A DNA stretch of 63,703 nucleotides, the filler included, from Reclinomonas americana ATCC 50394 (taxonomy: Eukaryota), in the NCBI GenBank assembly GCA_048213135.1. It is 16 parts of 16 records of this genome, joined end to end, with 100 filler letters (N's around TTAATTAATTAA, not from the genome) between each part and the next. Parts side by side here need not be neighbours in the genome. Positions count along the whole stretch, not along the records: positions 11,169 to 13,496 come from AFZH01020509.1; positions 13,597 to 18,131 come from AFZH01020510.1; positions 18,232 to 31,931 come from AFZH01020511.1; 13 more parts are not named here. One strand, written 5' to 3'. Shown here in pieces: positions 11,477 through 25,481 of the stretch. Position numbers and translations under genes: made by a program. The notes below the pieces were generated by a model that ran no database searches, was not told the DNA's origin, and saw only the letters and a list, made by a program, of their open reading frames with translations. The first letter of the stretch is position 1. Each line of letters starts with the position of its first letter.

Positions 11477-13121
11477 CTAGTTGGCGGACTTGGTGAGAAT
11501 GTTCCACTGGCCGATGCACCACGAGAAGATGTTGATGGCGGAGAAGACGCCGAACGCCAACAGTGTCCACCAGGCGTCGGAGATGCGTCGGAATGTCTGC
11601 TTGTCCGTCGGGTCGGACTGCGTACGGCGAACGGGGCATGGTTAGCAGCAGCGTGGTACGTGAAGTGTGAGGAGAAACGCGACACCTACCGTGGTTGTGG
11701 CCTGGGTGTCCAGCGGGTTGAGAAGCACGCCATACTCGGCGTCGGGCTTGTACACGTCCAGCATGTTGCGACTGAGCGAGCGGGCTCCACTTGTCCAGTA
11801 GTGCCGTGCTAGCAGGATGCAGGCGAACGCCTCGACCGAGATGCCCCACCACAGCCACGCAAACAGGTTGTCTGGTTGCGAGGTGAGACGGTAGCGAGAG
11901 AGAGAGAGAGCGGGGGGAGCGCAACTCGAGGAGCCCTGCGTGTACACCATGGCCGGATCGACTTGCAGCAGCACGCAGCCGAGAATGAGCTGCTAGCCAC
12001 GTGAGTGGACAACAACAACGTGACACACGCTCGCGGAGCAGAGTGGTGAGACGCAACAGAAACCACGCCGTCGACAAACACCATCCACTGCGGCGCTCGG
12101 GTCGAGTAAATGTGCAACAAAATTCCGACGCACGAGCCAACCGTGACCTGTGCGCGCGTGGACATGAGTTGGACAGCCGGCACAACAAGCAAGCACACGG
12201 GGAAGCAGTACCTGCGCGATGGAGTGGTAGCCGAGCACAGCGCGCTCCATGCACACGAGTGCAAGAGCCAGCACCGCGGTGATGCGTGATCTGCGTGGTG
12301 TTGTTGTCGTCAGCGGCAATGAAATCGAAAAACAACAACAAGTACACGCACCCCCACTTGCTGTACGGTGCCGCCTCAAACAAATAGGCCGCAAACACCG
12401 CTGCACTCATGGCATCACCCGACGGCATGCCATAGATGCTGCCAATCTACACACAGCACACAGTCAGCAACGCAACACACCTGCATTTCGTGCAAACAGA
12501 CGCAACATGCTGCAACTGTCCCCCAATGATACACCGACACGGGCGCGACTGACGGAACGCACCATACAGCGCCACCGCGAGCACCAGCGGGAAGCACAAA
12601 CGGTGCAAGAAATGCAACAGCTTCCAGCGCGTGACGCGATACTGCTCCAGCGTGGCCTCCAGCCGCCCAAACGTATTCAGTGGCGCTCCGCTCGGTCCCG
12701 TTCCCGCGTGCGCCGGAACCAACATGAGCACCGGAAGCACCATAATCAGAGCCATTACGATGATCACCACAGTTCGTGGGTTGATGAACTAATGTACGCG
12801 CAGTGTGAGCACAATGGCTTGTGATGTCTGTCTGTCTGCACATGCACCCACCTGCATGATGTATGAGGCCATAATCGTGAAGAAGCCGGGGTCCTGGTAG
12901 CGGCACTTGTTGAGGAAGGAGTCATCGAGCTCGTTGTAACAAGTGGCCGACTGTTGTGCAAGGGCTCCGCTGTGTGTGCACACACGCGCGCGCGCGACAT
13001 TGTGAGCACACGCGCGCGCATTCACACACACACGCGGGCAAAGTTGTGCTCACCTGCTGCAGCAGACAATGACCAGCAGCAGTGCGCAGAGCGGCACAAT
13101 CGCACTGCTCCGAAGAGACAT
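11477..13121 (-). CDS. PAP2-superfamily integral membrane phosphatase-like protein
   Basis: Signal peptide MSLRSSAIVPLCALLLVIV; PAP2 motifs FRQSRP (C1), YGMPSGD (C2, Asp in place of His) and ERAVLGYHSIAQV (C3); multiple TM segments; all introns GT-AG. Confidence 0.75.
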
Positions 13122-13199
13122 TGTGTGAGAGTGACAGTCGTCGGAGAGGACATCTTATCAGGACTCAAGCTTTCTTCCGCATAGCACGCGCTCGCAAGC

Positions 13200-15045
13200 A
13201 TGAGTCTTCCCGTGATCGACCTGCATGATCGCCAGTGCACTGCTGAAGAGCACGCACAAGTGCGTCCACTGCATGTCTCACTGTGTGTCCACACACTCAT
13301 CCTCTTTCGCAGATCTCTCGGCAGATTGGCGATGCTTGCCACGAGTACGGCTTCTTCTATGTGACTCGACACGGATGCAACCGCGCACTGCAGGATCGAT
13401 TGTACACAGAGGCACAGCGCTTCTTTGACATGCCGCTGGAGTACAAGATGCGCATCAGGATGGAGCAGTCGCGAGTGTTTCGAGTTGCGAAGAGAGNNNN
13501 NNNNNNNNNNNNNNNNNNNNNNNNNNNNNNNNNNNNNNNNTTAATTAATTAANNNNNNNNNNNNNNNNNNNNNNNNNNNNNNNNNNNNNNNNNNNNGGAG
13601 ACTCGCCAGTGATTGCTGCTCTCTCTCTCTTTCTCTCATTGTCTGTCTCTCAGGGGTACTTTCAAGTTGGTGGGGAGCTGACATCGGGGCGACGCGACTG
13701 GAAACAGTTCCGTCGTTCACGCTGATCTTTCGATTGGTTGTTGTTGTTTAGTTTACTGCTGGCACACAGAGGTCTGTACTATGGTGCGGAGTTGCCGGAG
13801 GATCATCCACTGGTGCTTGCCGGTACACCCATGCACGGACCGAATCAGTGGCCAGTTAAGTGGACCTTTTGTTTCTCCTCCCTTTGTCGTGTGCTCTTTC
13901 CCTCATAGCGTGACAAGGATGACGAGTTCCCGACGATGAAGCAAGATGTTTTGGGCTACATGCACGACATGACAGAGTTGCGTTATCGACTGTCGCTCCT
14001 CCTTCGCCCCCACCGTCGCGGCGATTCACGAGTGCTGCAGACTCGGCCACGTGATCATGCAACACATTGGCGAGTCACTCGGACTGCCGGCAACATTCTT
14101 CCGCGATGCGTTCACAGCTGGTCTGGCTGTTCTGTGTCTGGCGGTGCGAGGCGGTAGTGGCATGCCAGCTCATGGGTGCAAACACGCACAGAGCCTTTCA
14201 CTCCGTTCCGAATCTTTGGCTACCCGGGCGATCCAGAGGGCAAGTACGAGCCCGGCGCCAAGGAGGACGGCGAGCGACTGTCGTGCGGAGTGCACACTGA
14301 CTATGGAGTGGTACGTGGCGACTCTATTGAAGAAGGAAGTGTAAGCTGCTTCTCCTGTTGCTGACACGTGCACGTATGTGGTCTTCCTGCAGCTCACCAT
14401 TCTCGCGCAAGTTGCGCTGTGTCGAAATTTAATCGACGCCTCCTGTGCTGCTCACACGTCTGACTCGCTGCGTATGTGCACAGGACGAGGTCGGTGGATT
14501 GGAGGTGCAGCACCGTTCCACTGGTGAATGGATTGCCGCACCGCCGATCGACGGCACTTTTGTCATCAACATTGGTGCGCCACTGCAATCGAAGTACTGC
14601 GGCTGTGGAACGAGTCGTCTCATTTTTTTCTCGTGACAGGTGACATGCTGGAGACGTGGACTCGTGGCCTCTACAAGGCCACTCCGCACCGTGTGCGGAA
14701 CCGGTCGGACCGCCACCGAGTGAGCATGCCACTCTTCTTTGATCCGCCATTTGAGTTGCGAGCCGGTTTGCCCCGCATCCACACTGGTGGCTATCGCACT
14801 CACTACCGACGCCTTCACACAGCTGTGTCGTGCGCCCGCTGCCGCAGCAACTTCTGGATTTGGCCACTGCAGCTGCATCGCGCAACGTGACGCTGACGGC
14901 CGAGGAACTGGCCGAGGCAGCCGAGCTGTTGCGCGAGCAAGCCAAGGACTCGGATGCAGGCAAGGAGGGCATTGTGTACGGCCGCTACATTCTTGGCAAG
15001 GTGATGAGAGTGTTCCCCGAGCTCGCCAAGGATGCTGTTGTGTGA
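13200..15045 (+). CDS. 2OG-Fe(II) oxygenase (isopenicillin N synthase-like, DIOX_N + 2OG-FeII_Oxy)
   Basis: [74 protein letters not shown]; reads across the gap at 13497-13596. Confidence 0.93.
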
Positions 15046-15144
15046 TGGACAACTGCGGTACTTTGAAAGAAGAAACGGACACATGGTACACTGCGATTTT
15101 TTCAAAACATGATGACGGGGCTGGTCGTAAAAAAGGGGAATGTC

Positions 15145-18100
15145 TCACTCGTCGAACTCGATCTTGAGTCGCGGCGACGCCGACTGCACCGAAGAGACGT
15201 GTTCGCGCAGCCGTGCCGGCAGTTTCAGCTCCGTCAACGTGCGCATCAGCGGCTTCAACAACTCCAGATCGCCCTCAGTGATTGCCGTGCCACGGGCGTC
15301 AATGGTGGTCAGCTTCGTCAGCTCGCCCAGTGCCTCCAGCGAGCGCACCGGTGTGCCGTGGAACGCCAGACGCTTCAGCATCTTCAGACCTGTACAATAC
15401 ATGAGTGGCCATGCTCACAAGAGGCGGCGGACGAGTGCAAGACGCACCAGTGAGAGGACTCAAATCGCTCGTGGCCGTCAACGACACGTCCAGGTCGACG
15501 AGCTTGGCCGATCGCGCCAGCATGCGAACATTGTCAACAGAGGTGCATCCCAGCAACGACAGCACCTGCAGATGCTGCAGCGAGCCGAGCGCGCCCACGT
15601 CTGCCAGTCGTGTGTGGTCCAAGTGCAACTCGATGAGGTTGGCCAGATTCACAATCTCACGAATGTCTGCGTCGACCGCCCCCGTGAGTATGTGAAAAAA
15701 GACACACATGCGTAGCAATCAGGTGTACCTTGCAGCGACGCGCAGTGGCACAGCGACAGCTTCTTCATCGACGTCGAGCCCGACACCATTGACAAGTCAC
15801 GCACCGCATTCGGCACCAGCTTCTTCGGATCGGCCGACACGTCGAGCTCCTCCAGCAACGGGAATGCCGACCCTGCGCACCACTCATTAGCTCACTCATC
15901 CACGCAAGCCTAACAAAGACAAAATGATAGACGAACCAGCCATGCTCTCCATGCTGTTGACAAAGGACGCGGGTACAGCGGTTCCGGCCAAGCACAGACG
16001 CACCAGATTGGCCAACTCCAGCAGTGGACCCAAGTCGGTGAGTTGTGTGCACTCCGACAGATCCAAGTCTCTCATCGTCGGGATGGAGCGCAGTGCGTCC
16101 ACCGAGGTGACATTTGTGCCGCGCATTGACAGCGCCGTCAGCGCAGGCTTGTTGGCGAGACCAGCATCGGCATTGCAAATGTTGCAGCCATCGAGCCTCA
16201 GCACTGTCAACCGTCGCAACGAGGCCAGTGGTGCCAGGTCCATGGGCGGGGTTCCAGGTTGGGCGCACACAGACCGCAGCTCCAGTTCCTCGAGATTGGC
16301 TGCACACACGCAGGCAAGTGTGCGTGTGAGTGAGTTCAGTTGACAAGTACTCTAGCCACCACTACAACGCTCTCACCGAGGCCAGCCACAGGTGTCAGGG
16401 AGGTGATTCGACGCGACGCCACCTGCAACACTCGCAGGTTGACCAGACTGGCAATGGGAGCGAGCGAGGTGATGGACGTTGGCACGCCCAGGCGCTGCAC
16501 CCAGTGCAGCTTTCGCGCCGTGGCGAAATAGTCGTCGTCGCACTGATACGTGAATTGCACGGTCCGAGCGCCGGCGCTCGCGGCATGGTTCTCCATCAAG
16601 GTCTGCATCTTGGCCACCGCAGCCTTGGTGGCACACACAATCTGCATGCCCTCCGACGGCACAAAATCGACCTTGGATGGCGGGATCTGCACCACCGAGA
16701 GAGCCACTGCCGACTCCGAACCGAGCAGTGTAATCTGGGCGTCCACGTCACGCTTTGTCGTCATAATAGTACGACACCTCAGCTGCAGGCATCGTACGTC
16801 AGCGTTGTAACAAACACGGTACACAAGGAGAAGCGACGCACGGTTCCTTGTGGGCCAGGCAGCGGCGCCTCGCGGTCACTCTTGTTGCGCCACATGTCCT
16901 TCTTCAACTGCGCCGTCAACCTGCACGCAGACACACGAGAGGAGTGAGTTGAGTGAGCATGTGCCGGTGAATGCATCGGCGTGGCGGGGTACACTGATGT
17001 ACGCAACTTGCTAGAAATGTCGTCAAAGGGACTGTCGTAGGAGAGGAACACATGCCTCCAGCCGTCCGTCTCGCCCTCGCACAACACATCGAGATTCTCC
17101 GCCAGCACCTCACGCAAGGCAGGCGGCACATCTGTCCCAGGAGATGTGAGACTTAAGTGATCGCAAAAAAATTCGGCCTTGTTGCGTGCGTCACACCTCG
17201 ATTAAATCCACGCGGGATCTTCAGCCGTCCGTGACACACGCCCGAGACAATCTCAAAGCCCCCCGCTGCTGAGCCACTCGCTCCGTCCGGTCGCGGGCTC
17301 GGATCCGGTGTCATCTCCGACGCCGTGCCAGTGGAATCGTCACCGAACGGCTGTGGCGTGGGTGTGTCAGCAGACCATCCACGATGCAGCACCCGCCCTG
17401 CCTCTGTCTCTCTCTCACCTTGCGAGCAGCAGACGCGTCGAGCACAATCGGACTGCTGGACGGTTCCGGGGTTGGCGAATCGGATGGAGACGCCGAGCCA
17501 CTGTTGCGCAGACGCTTGCGAGCCTCGAGTTTCTCGCGGATACGTTGCTTGATCTGCAGCACAAGAGTGAGATCGACGCGGGCATCACCAACGAACAACG
17601 AGAGAGACAGGAGCAGCGCACCTTGTCCTGATCGGATTCATTGTCGCGCGGCGACGCTGCCGGACTTGCGGCCGACGAGCTCGGGGGAGAGCTTTCTCCA
17701 TTCCGATCGTCGGCGCCAGCCATCACGATTGGCGTCGATGGAACACTCGGCATGGCCGGCGACTAATCGCACATCAACATCAACAGAGTCAGCGAATTCA
17801 CGCATCACGGCTATGCAAGCACACAAGGTGATGGTGACAAACGTGTTGAATGCGAGGAACACCCGACTGGAGACTCTCTGGTTCCGGCAAGCTGCCCTCG
17901 CTCAGACGACTGTCACAAAAAAAAAGGAACACAGTTGAGTGAGAAGTGCAGAAGAAACACCTGACACCAAAGACTGACCGCGCAGATGACTCCGAGTTTG
18001 GCGAGACCGCAACCGGTCCAGGCGCAGCAGCCGGTGGCTGTGATGCCTCGATGGCCACCAACTCCTCTTCTTCCTCCTCTGCTGCCGCCTGCTGCTGCTG

Positions 18101-21100
18101 TTGCACCACAACGGCGGCCGGTGCTGCGTGTNNNNNNNNNNNNNNNNNNNNNNNNNNNNNNNNNNNNNNNNNNNNTTAATTAATTAANNNNNNNNNNNNN
18201 NNNNNNNNNNNNNNNNNNNNNNNNNNNNNNNCCGCTGATTGCGGCGATGGCTGACGCATCGGTGGCGGCGACGTCTGCTGCTGCAGTTGCAGCGGCGGGA
18301 TGTGCACTGCCGCCGTCGGCAGCAGTGGGATGTCCGTGATTGGCGGAGCGCCGGCTGCCGAGGGCGACTGCGGTGAATGTGGCGACTGCGCCTGCGTCTC
18401 GGTTGCCGTCGGCGGCGGGTGCGGCCCGTCTACCAGGGGCGGCGGTGGCCCGATCGCGGATGCAGCTGAGAGTAAAATTGCGGGAACGCACAATGAGGAC
18501 GAGCGATCGAGAGAAAAATGCAAAACAACCCCAACTACACTGGCGAGGCACGAGAACACAAACACACATGCATGCGATGACGACTATGGTGTACTGTGCT
18601 CACCATCAGCGGCGGCACTTGTCGGTGCGTGGCTGTCGCCGTTGGCTGCCGGTGCCGCTGCGCTTTCGTCATTCGAGGAGCTCTTCTCCTCCTGCTGCTC
18701 TGGTTCCACCACCACCACTTCCTCCTCTTTCGGTTTCGCAAACGGTTCATCTGCGCAAGTGCGGTGAGCACGGCTGCCGAGGAATGAAGAAGCCGCAGGA
18801 AAAAAAACGCAACATGTGGAGAGCACGGCAACCACGTCGATCATGTTGTCGTGCGTGAAGCACGGCTGGTGCGGGAACAGCGACGGGAACACATCGATGA
18901 CTGCCTGCGCGCCGACCTTGTTCACCAGCTGCACCAGAGCGGCCATGGCTTCCACCAATCTGCGCACACAGAATCAGCAAGCATGCCCTCCACAACGCAT
19001 CAACAGAAAGGCAATCAACAAGGTCGCGAAACTTGGCCTGCTCGCCCTTCAAGTAGGTGAGGAACGCTCGCCGACCCTTCTGCGTGCCCGGACAGATGGT
19101 GATCTCCTTCTGAATGCGAATCATGTGCTTCGAGTAGCGCTTGTGCAGCAGCTCCGCCTTGCTCTCCGTCAACTCCGTGTACGGCATGTTGAGATCCAAG
19201 TAGTCACCGGTGCGCACATCTGCTGCCGTCCACCGCTGTGGCTTGCCTTTGATAATCACCTGCTGCGGCCTCTGATCCCTCCGTCGACGCTGGACGCCGA
19301 GATTCGCTCGCCCAGCAGCAGCACTGCCGTCGGGTCCACGAGCAGGCGATCGGGTGCGTCGCACGAGACCATCCTCTGTCAGGTCGTACGTGTACATCTG
19401 CCACGGAAAAAAAGGGGAAGCGCCGTGAGAAGCTGTCAACTAAATTTAAAAAAGCACAATCGCGAAATGCACCATGGGGTCGATGCGCTGCAGGTTGCCC
19501 GAGCGGTGCATCTCGGTGCGCACAAACTCGGAGAACGACACCTGACCAATCTCCGGAACTGCAACACCATCATCGTTTCAGCCACAATAGATCGTCCACG
19601 CACACGCGTGAATGGCACTCACCAGGCGTGGCATTGGCCAGCGCAGTGCCGATGGCCGCGCGCTCGTTCGCCGAGATGGCAGGATCGTACAGCAGGAGCT
19701 TGCGCAGCGTGATGCGTGTCTCCTCGAAGCGCATGTCCTCCTCGCGCTCCTTTTCCAGCAGCGCCTTTAGGCGGGCACGCAACTCGGCCTCCGACTCGAT
19801 GGGCTCACCCGGCGAGTACAGCGGTCGTGATCCCGAGCTGTTTCTGTTGTTGAGTGGCACGCAACAACGCCGCCGTTCTCACGCACGACTGCACACAAAC
19901 CTCAGCGCCGCCAAATCAGCCCCGAATCGCTCATCCTGCTGATACTGCTCCAACTCCGCATGGTACTCATCCAACACGTCACCGGCATTGCTCTCCGACA
20001 GACGCGGACTGGAGCCATCGTCGGCCACCAAGTGCGTCACCGGCGCGAGCGACGAGACCTCCGTGTGAGGAGCCGACACACCCTACACATCGCAGGGCCG
20101 TCAGCACACCCTCTCTGTGTTTCCGTTTGTCTTTCCCCACAGCCGCACACAAACCTCCTCTGTCATCGACACCTCCAGTGAGCGCGCGCTTTGCGGCTCA
20201 GAATGCGCCCCCTGAAGGCCACTGCCGTTCAGGTAGCGCACACCAGCGCCACCGTTCTCACTGCGCCCGCCGACACTCCGCTGAATGCGAATGGGTGGTG
20301 GCGTGGAACTCGCAGACGGCGGTGCCTCCGAGTGCACAATGCGCGGCGGCGGCTGTGGTGAGGTCAGAAGCATCGACACGGCAGCGCCTCCAGTGCCCGT
20401 GTGCTTGCGACGGAAGTCCTGCGGGCGAGATGCGCTGGACATGGGCGATGTTTGCCGCATGCTGGAGCGTGCACTCAGCGACAGAGCAGCGACTGGATCC
20501 TCGCCGTCTGCAACGCAACATTCACTTGTGTTGGCACCAATGAAAGAGAGCACGCACAATATTCATCGAAGAGAAAGAGAGGAAGAAGAAGAAGGGGAGA
20601 GACAGCACAACAGCAAGGGACTTCGTCCAGCGTCTATCTTGTCCCTTTCTCTCCGGCTGTCACTCACCGGTGGGGCTTCCGGGTTCGTTCTGTGGGTGGT
20701 ATGGTGCGCTGCCGAGTGGGCGTGGACCATGCTGGTGAGGATCGTACCGCGGTGCCGGGCTGGCGCCCAGATCTGGATGCGACTGATCGGCGGTCGACGA
20801 ACGCAGTGTGCGTCCAATGGTCCCTGCGACAGCAACGTAAGCAAACCACGAATCGCCTGGGGGAAGGGGATCAACTGCCAGTTGTACGAAACATCGCAAA
20901 AGACCCAGCGTGAACGCAGCCTGCTCCTCCTCTTGCGACAGCTTGCGAGCTGAGGAAGGCGGCACGTACGCCTCGTAGCCGGCGTCACTGGCACCCTCGG
21001 ACATCTCCGAGATGACGATGGACGACGCCGAGCGGCCTGTTCCCTCCGACGCGATGAGCGAAGACACATGGGGCGACGCAGCTCTGCACCACTCACCACT

Positions 21101-23213
21101 CGTGGAACGCGGCGATTTGTCATCCATGGCCACCACACCCGTGGAGAAACCGACACGCTTCTCCTGTGCGAGAATGACGAGGCGAGCCTTGGTGGCCACA
21201 TCGTCCATGCCCGGCGCCGTCGGCACCACATTCACCGGCGCTCCCGTGCAGTCGACAATAACAACCCCTCGGAACTGGTCCACTTGCGCAAACGACAGCG
21301 TGTGCAGCAGTGACTTGCGCACACTGACCATCCACGTCGGCAGCACCGCCAACTCCTTTCGCAAGTGGATGCGGCATGACGGGTACTGCACCAGCAGAAT
21401 GCCAATGCACACGGCGAGCTCGGTGCGCAGTGTGCGCTGCAGCAACACCAACTCCTGCACGGGAACAGTGAGCGGAACAGGGTGAGATAATCAACAATCT
21501 CTTGTCAACAAGATAGAGTGCGCAACTGGGTCGTCAACATCCTCCTCCATGACGGCTTGCAGAAGCGTGGAGAACACCTGGAAATGCTGGAAGATGCGGT
21601 TGCCAAGCTCCAGATCTGGCGGCGACACATCCAGCAGAGAGCGCAGTGCACGCACAGCCACCACCGCCGTGGCGGGTTCCAGCGAGATGCTGAGATGGAG
21701 ACGAAGTGTGAGCGGAAGCAAGCAACTTGTGCAGATCGCTTCAGGAGGCAGCACGCACCAGTCTGCAACCTGCTGCCACATGCCGACCGAGACCAGCGAG
21801 GTGGCCACGGTCTGACCGCGACCGCCACGCAGCAGCGTCGTTACCAACTCCAGTGTGGCCTCCAAGACCTGCCGCTATAGTGTCAGCACAGCACGCAACA
21901 GAAAAAAGGGGAAAAAAGATAAGTCGTTCTCCGCGCACCTCGAGATTGGTCTCCGTGCCGAGTTGCGTCTGCAAGTCGGTGAGGAAAGTGGCGTCCTGGC
22001 GAATGAGGAACGGGAAGGCCTCCGTGTACACCTCGGCCACCTTGCAGAGGACGCGAGCAGAAGATGCGCGAACTGCCGGCAGCGAGTCCAACTTCCAAAA
22101 TCGCAGAATCGTCTAACACCCCCACACACCGCATGGTAAGTGCGAGCTCGCACAAACACAAATACAATCGCCGAGCATGTCGCGTACCTTGACCGTGTCA
22201 CCGTGCACAATCTCATCCACGCACGAGCGGCTCATAAAGGCGAGCGCCTGCGCCACGTGCACGCGCACCAGCGGCACCGTCTCCAGATCGAGCGAACGCA
22301 AAAAGTACTCGAGTCCCTTTTGCACCACCAACGCCAGGCGACCCATTTCACCCGACGACGCGATGAGATGCAGCGACTGCGCACACTGCAGGCGCACTTC
22401 GTCCACAATGTCGGCCTGCGAGCACTCGAGCAACGCATACACTCCCTCCTCGTCGACAATCTTTTGCACCGACAATCGGGCCAAATGCACATACTCGTCG
22501 CTGTGCACACACACACACAGCGTGTGAGACACAGATCAATATGTGTAGGTGTGTGCTACGCGCACACGCAACTCCACGTGCAGCACGTGCTGACGCCCGT
22601 AGCGCCCCGAGCACAGCAAGAGGAGCTCAATGAGCACCGAGAGGGCCCGCAATCGCGCCTGCGTCAGCAATCGAAACAGCACATGGTTCTCCAAACTCGT
22701 CGCACTGCTCGACTCATCCGCACCCTCCGTCACCGACATTTGCGACAGCGGCGAGGCAATGGTGGTGCAAATGTAGGAGAAGAGCACGGGCAGGAGACCG
22801 GGATTCGAGTCAAACACCAAGTACCGCAACCGCGCGGCCGTCGTGTCGCTGAGCAACAGCGTGTCGACCATGGCAAACAACTCGTCAATCTGCTCGCCAG
22901 TGGGCACGCCCTGTGCCGTCGCCTGATTGGTGACACTCAGTTCGGCCACAGCTGCCGACGAGGTCGACAGTGCCGACGGAGGCGACTCAATCGCCTCATG
23001 AATCGCACGCAGCACATGCGCAAGTGTGTCGACGACTTCACGCAATGATGTTGCCTGCAGAGGCGTGCGTGTGTGTGAGAGAGAGTGCGTGCGTGTGCAC
23101 AAGAGAGAGTCGTTAATCACTCGCACCTCCTCAGACCACGTTTCAAAGGTGGTTAGTGGCCCACTGCTCAGCGGCACTGCACCGGCAGCAGCAGCTGCAG
23201 CAACCACGTCCAT
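15145..23213 (-). CDS. Large multi-exon protein: N-terminal ARM/HEAT repeats, low-complexity middle, C-terminal LRRs (may be more than one gene)
   Basis: ARM-like exons (EGVYALLECSQ...VRLQCAQSLHLIAS...GLEYFLRSL) at 21200-23200; LRR exons (LASLRRLTVLRLDGC, LRSIPTMRDLDLSEC) at 15145-16500; most joins traceable as GT-AG, one near 20100 ambiguous; spans a gap. Confidence 0.6.
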
Positions 23214-23319
23214 AGAGTGTGCACTGGTGCGTCTGTAACAAAAGTGCGTGTGTTGGGTAACCCGTGCCGCCAGTTGGGGACGGTGCAACCCGGTAACCCG
23301 AGCACAATCACTTTTCCTC

Positions 23320-25046
23320 ATGAGCGGCGGCAACTTCCTCGCGGCCGTCGGTGGCGGAGTTGCGCGCTGTCCCCTCACCCCTTTCGCACGCGCGCGCATG
23401 TCATGACCTCTTGTGTGCGTGTCATGAGCAGGGCCAGACAACCACCACACCCAATCCCTCGCCAACTGCAGCCGCTGCCTATGTGATCAATGGCAGTGCA
23501 AGCACCGCTGCAGCCCCAGAGCCGAGCACGGTGTGTAAAACAGAGAGTTCAAATTTGTGTGCAATCAATCCTCTCACTCAAAATCAATCATCTGACTGCC
23601 AGTTGACACCGATGCGAATGGTGAGAGACGCGTACGTACGGTTCACCCACGAGTTTGTGTGTCTCTTATGCTGTTGGATTCCAATACAGGCTCCCTCGGC
23701 GCCAGCAGTGGCCGCAGCCGCCGCCACACCGGCACCGGCGTTGCCGGCGGCCGCGCCGACTGTGATTGTGTACAACACGGCACCGGCGGCTCCGGCTCCG
23801 GCTCCGGCTGCGCCTGCGGTGAGTCAGCCGCCGGCACCACTGCCGCCGCCACCGGCATACGACTCGGCGCATCAGCCGGCGTCTGGGTACTATCAGGTCT
23901 CGATCAGTTCTTGCATGACTGCTGTGAGTTCCGTTTTCTGATTGCCGAACTGTGAGCAGCCGCAACAGCAGACTCCTGTGGCGCCGCAGTACGACTACTC
24001 GCAGCACTATGCGCCGCCGCCACCGCCGCCACAGCAGCAGCAGCCGCCGCCACCGCAGTACGCTCCCGCGCAGCCGCAGTATGCTCCGGCGCAACCGCAG
24101 TATGATTACTCGCAGCAGTATGCGCCGCCGCCGCCGCCACCGCAGCAGCAGCAGTACTATCCGCCGCCACAGCAGCAGCAGTACTACCCGCCTCCGCAGC
24201 CACAGTACGCCGCCCCGGCGCATCCGCAGGTGGCTCCCGCTCCGTCGTCGTACTACCCACCGCCACAGCCGCAGTACTATCCGCCTCCGCAGCCGCAGTA
24301 CTATCCGCCACCGGCGCAACCCGTGTACTACGCACCGCCGCCACAGCCAGTGGTGGTGGTGGAGACTCGACCGGTGTCGGTGAGAGTCGTCGCTTCGCTT
24401 GTCTTGGTCGTGTAATTGTGCTCATCGGTTTTGCATCGATGCAGCGTGGTGGCCTGTACTATGTTGCGCCGGAAATGACGAGCCACGTGTGATGCTCTGT
24501 GCGTTGTACTTACCTGTTGTCTGTGCGTGTCTCGCTGCCATTGAACAGCCGGGCTTTGGTGAGTGACCATCTCTCCTCCGCTCGAACTACCACTACACGT
24601 GTCTCACTTGCTTATTCTACTGAACAGAGGCATACGGCGACTTGTCGTGCATGGTGTGTCTCATTTGGTCAGCAGCCTGCATTTTCTTTTTGCATCTCAC
24701 ATGCGCGGTGCATGCAGAGTCATCACGAGGCTCGCCGAGTGCTCAAGCAGATCAAGCGAGGTGCGTTGTTGTCTGTCCCTCTGTGTCAGCATGTTCAATA
24801 AGAACGCTGAACGGTGCTTGTGATGCAGAGTGTCGCCTGCGGTGAGATCGCATGCCCTTGCCAATTACTACCTCACTCCCATCTCATCTCTACGCACCTG
24901 CAGCGGATTCCTCTGGGACAAGGCCGTCAAGCACCGCATCAAGGAGCACTTCCGTCACCACCACGGCCGTTGCGTTAACGTGGTCCTGCTTACAAGACGC
25001 GCACCGTTGCTGACACTCGTTGTGATGCTGCACAGACTGGCGTTGA
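23320..25046 (+). CDS. Pro/Gln/Tyr-rich protein (YYPPPQ repeats) with a small C-terminal domain encoded by microexons
   Basis: ATG at 23320; QYYPPPQ repeats at 23960-24350; 18-, 10-, 26- and 13-nt exons give RGGLYYPGFEAYGDLSCMSHHEARRVLKQIKRECRLRGFLWDKAVKHRIKEHFRHHHGHWR*. Confidence 0.65.
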
Positions 25047-25198
25047 TGTGGACGAAGAGAAACACGTGCTCTCGTCTTACTCGTGCCTGTGAATCGTGGT
25101 TGTGCACCATCGTGATGCTTTCAGCAAGCCTCCACCTCCTTATTGAACAACACTGAAAAATGCCCTCTTTGTACTTGAAGCATGCATGCACGCGTCCC

Positions 25199-25450
25199 TT
25201 ACACTTGCCGTTCCTCCGCCAACAATTCTTCGAGCAGCTGTCGCACCTCTGCGAGCTCCTCGTCGTGTCGACTCGACATGCGTACCGACCGGGCAGAGGT
25301 GGGAGTTCTGCCGGGCGTGCGGGGTGCGGAGGCGGAGGAATGCGGCGACGCGTGACTGGAGAGCTCCCTCCGCCGTCGCCTCCATCTTGTCTTGTCGCCA
25401 GAAGGCGGCGATTCCTCTGCCGCCGGCACTGTCACTGGAGCTACGAGTAC

Positions 25451-25481
<31 letters not shown>

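Noticed and set aside
17132..17242. Apparent GC-AG intron in the ARM-LRR gene
   Set aside because: A downstream canonical G|gtgtga donor gives an in-frame join, so no GC donor is needed.
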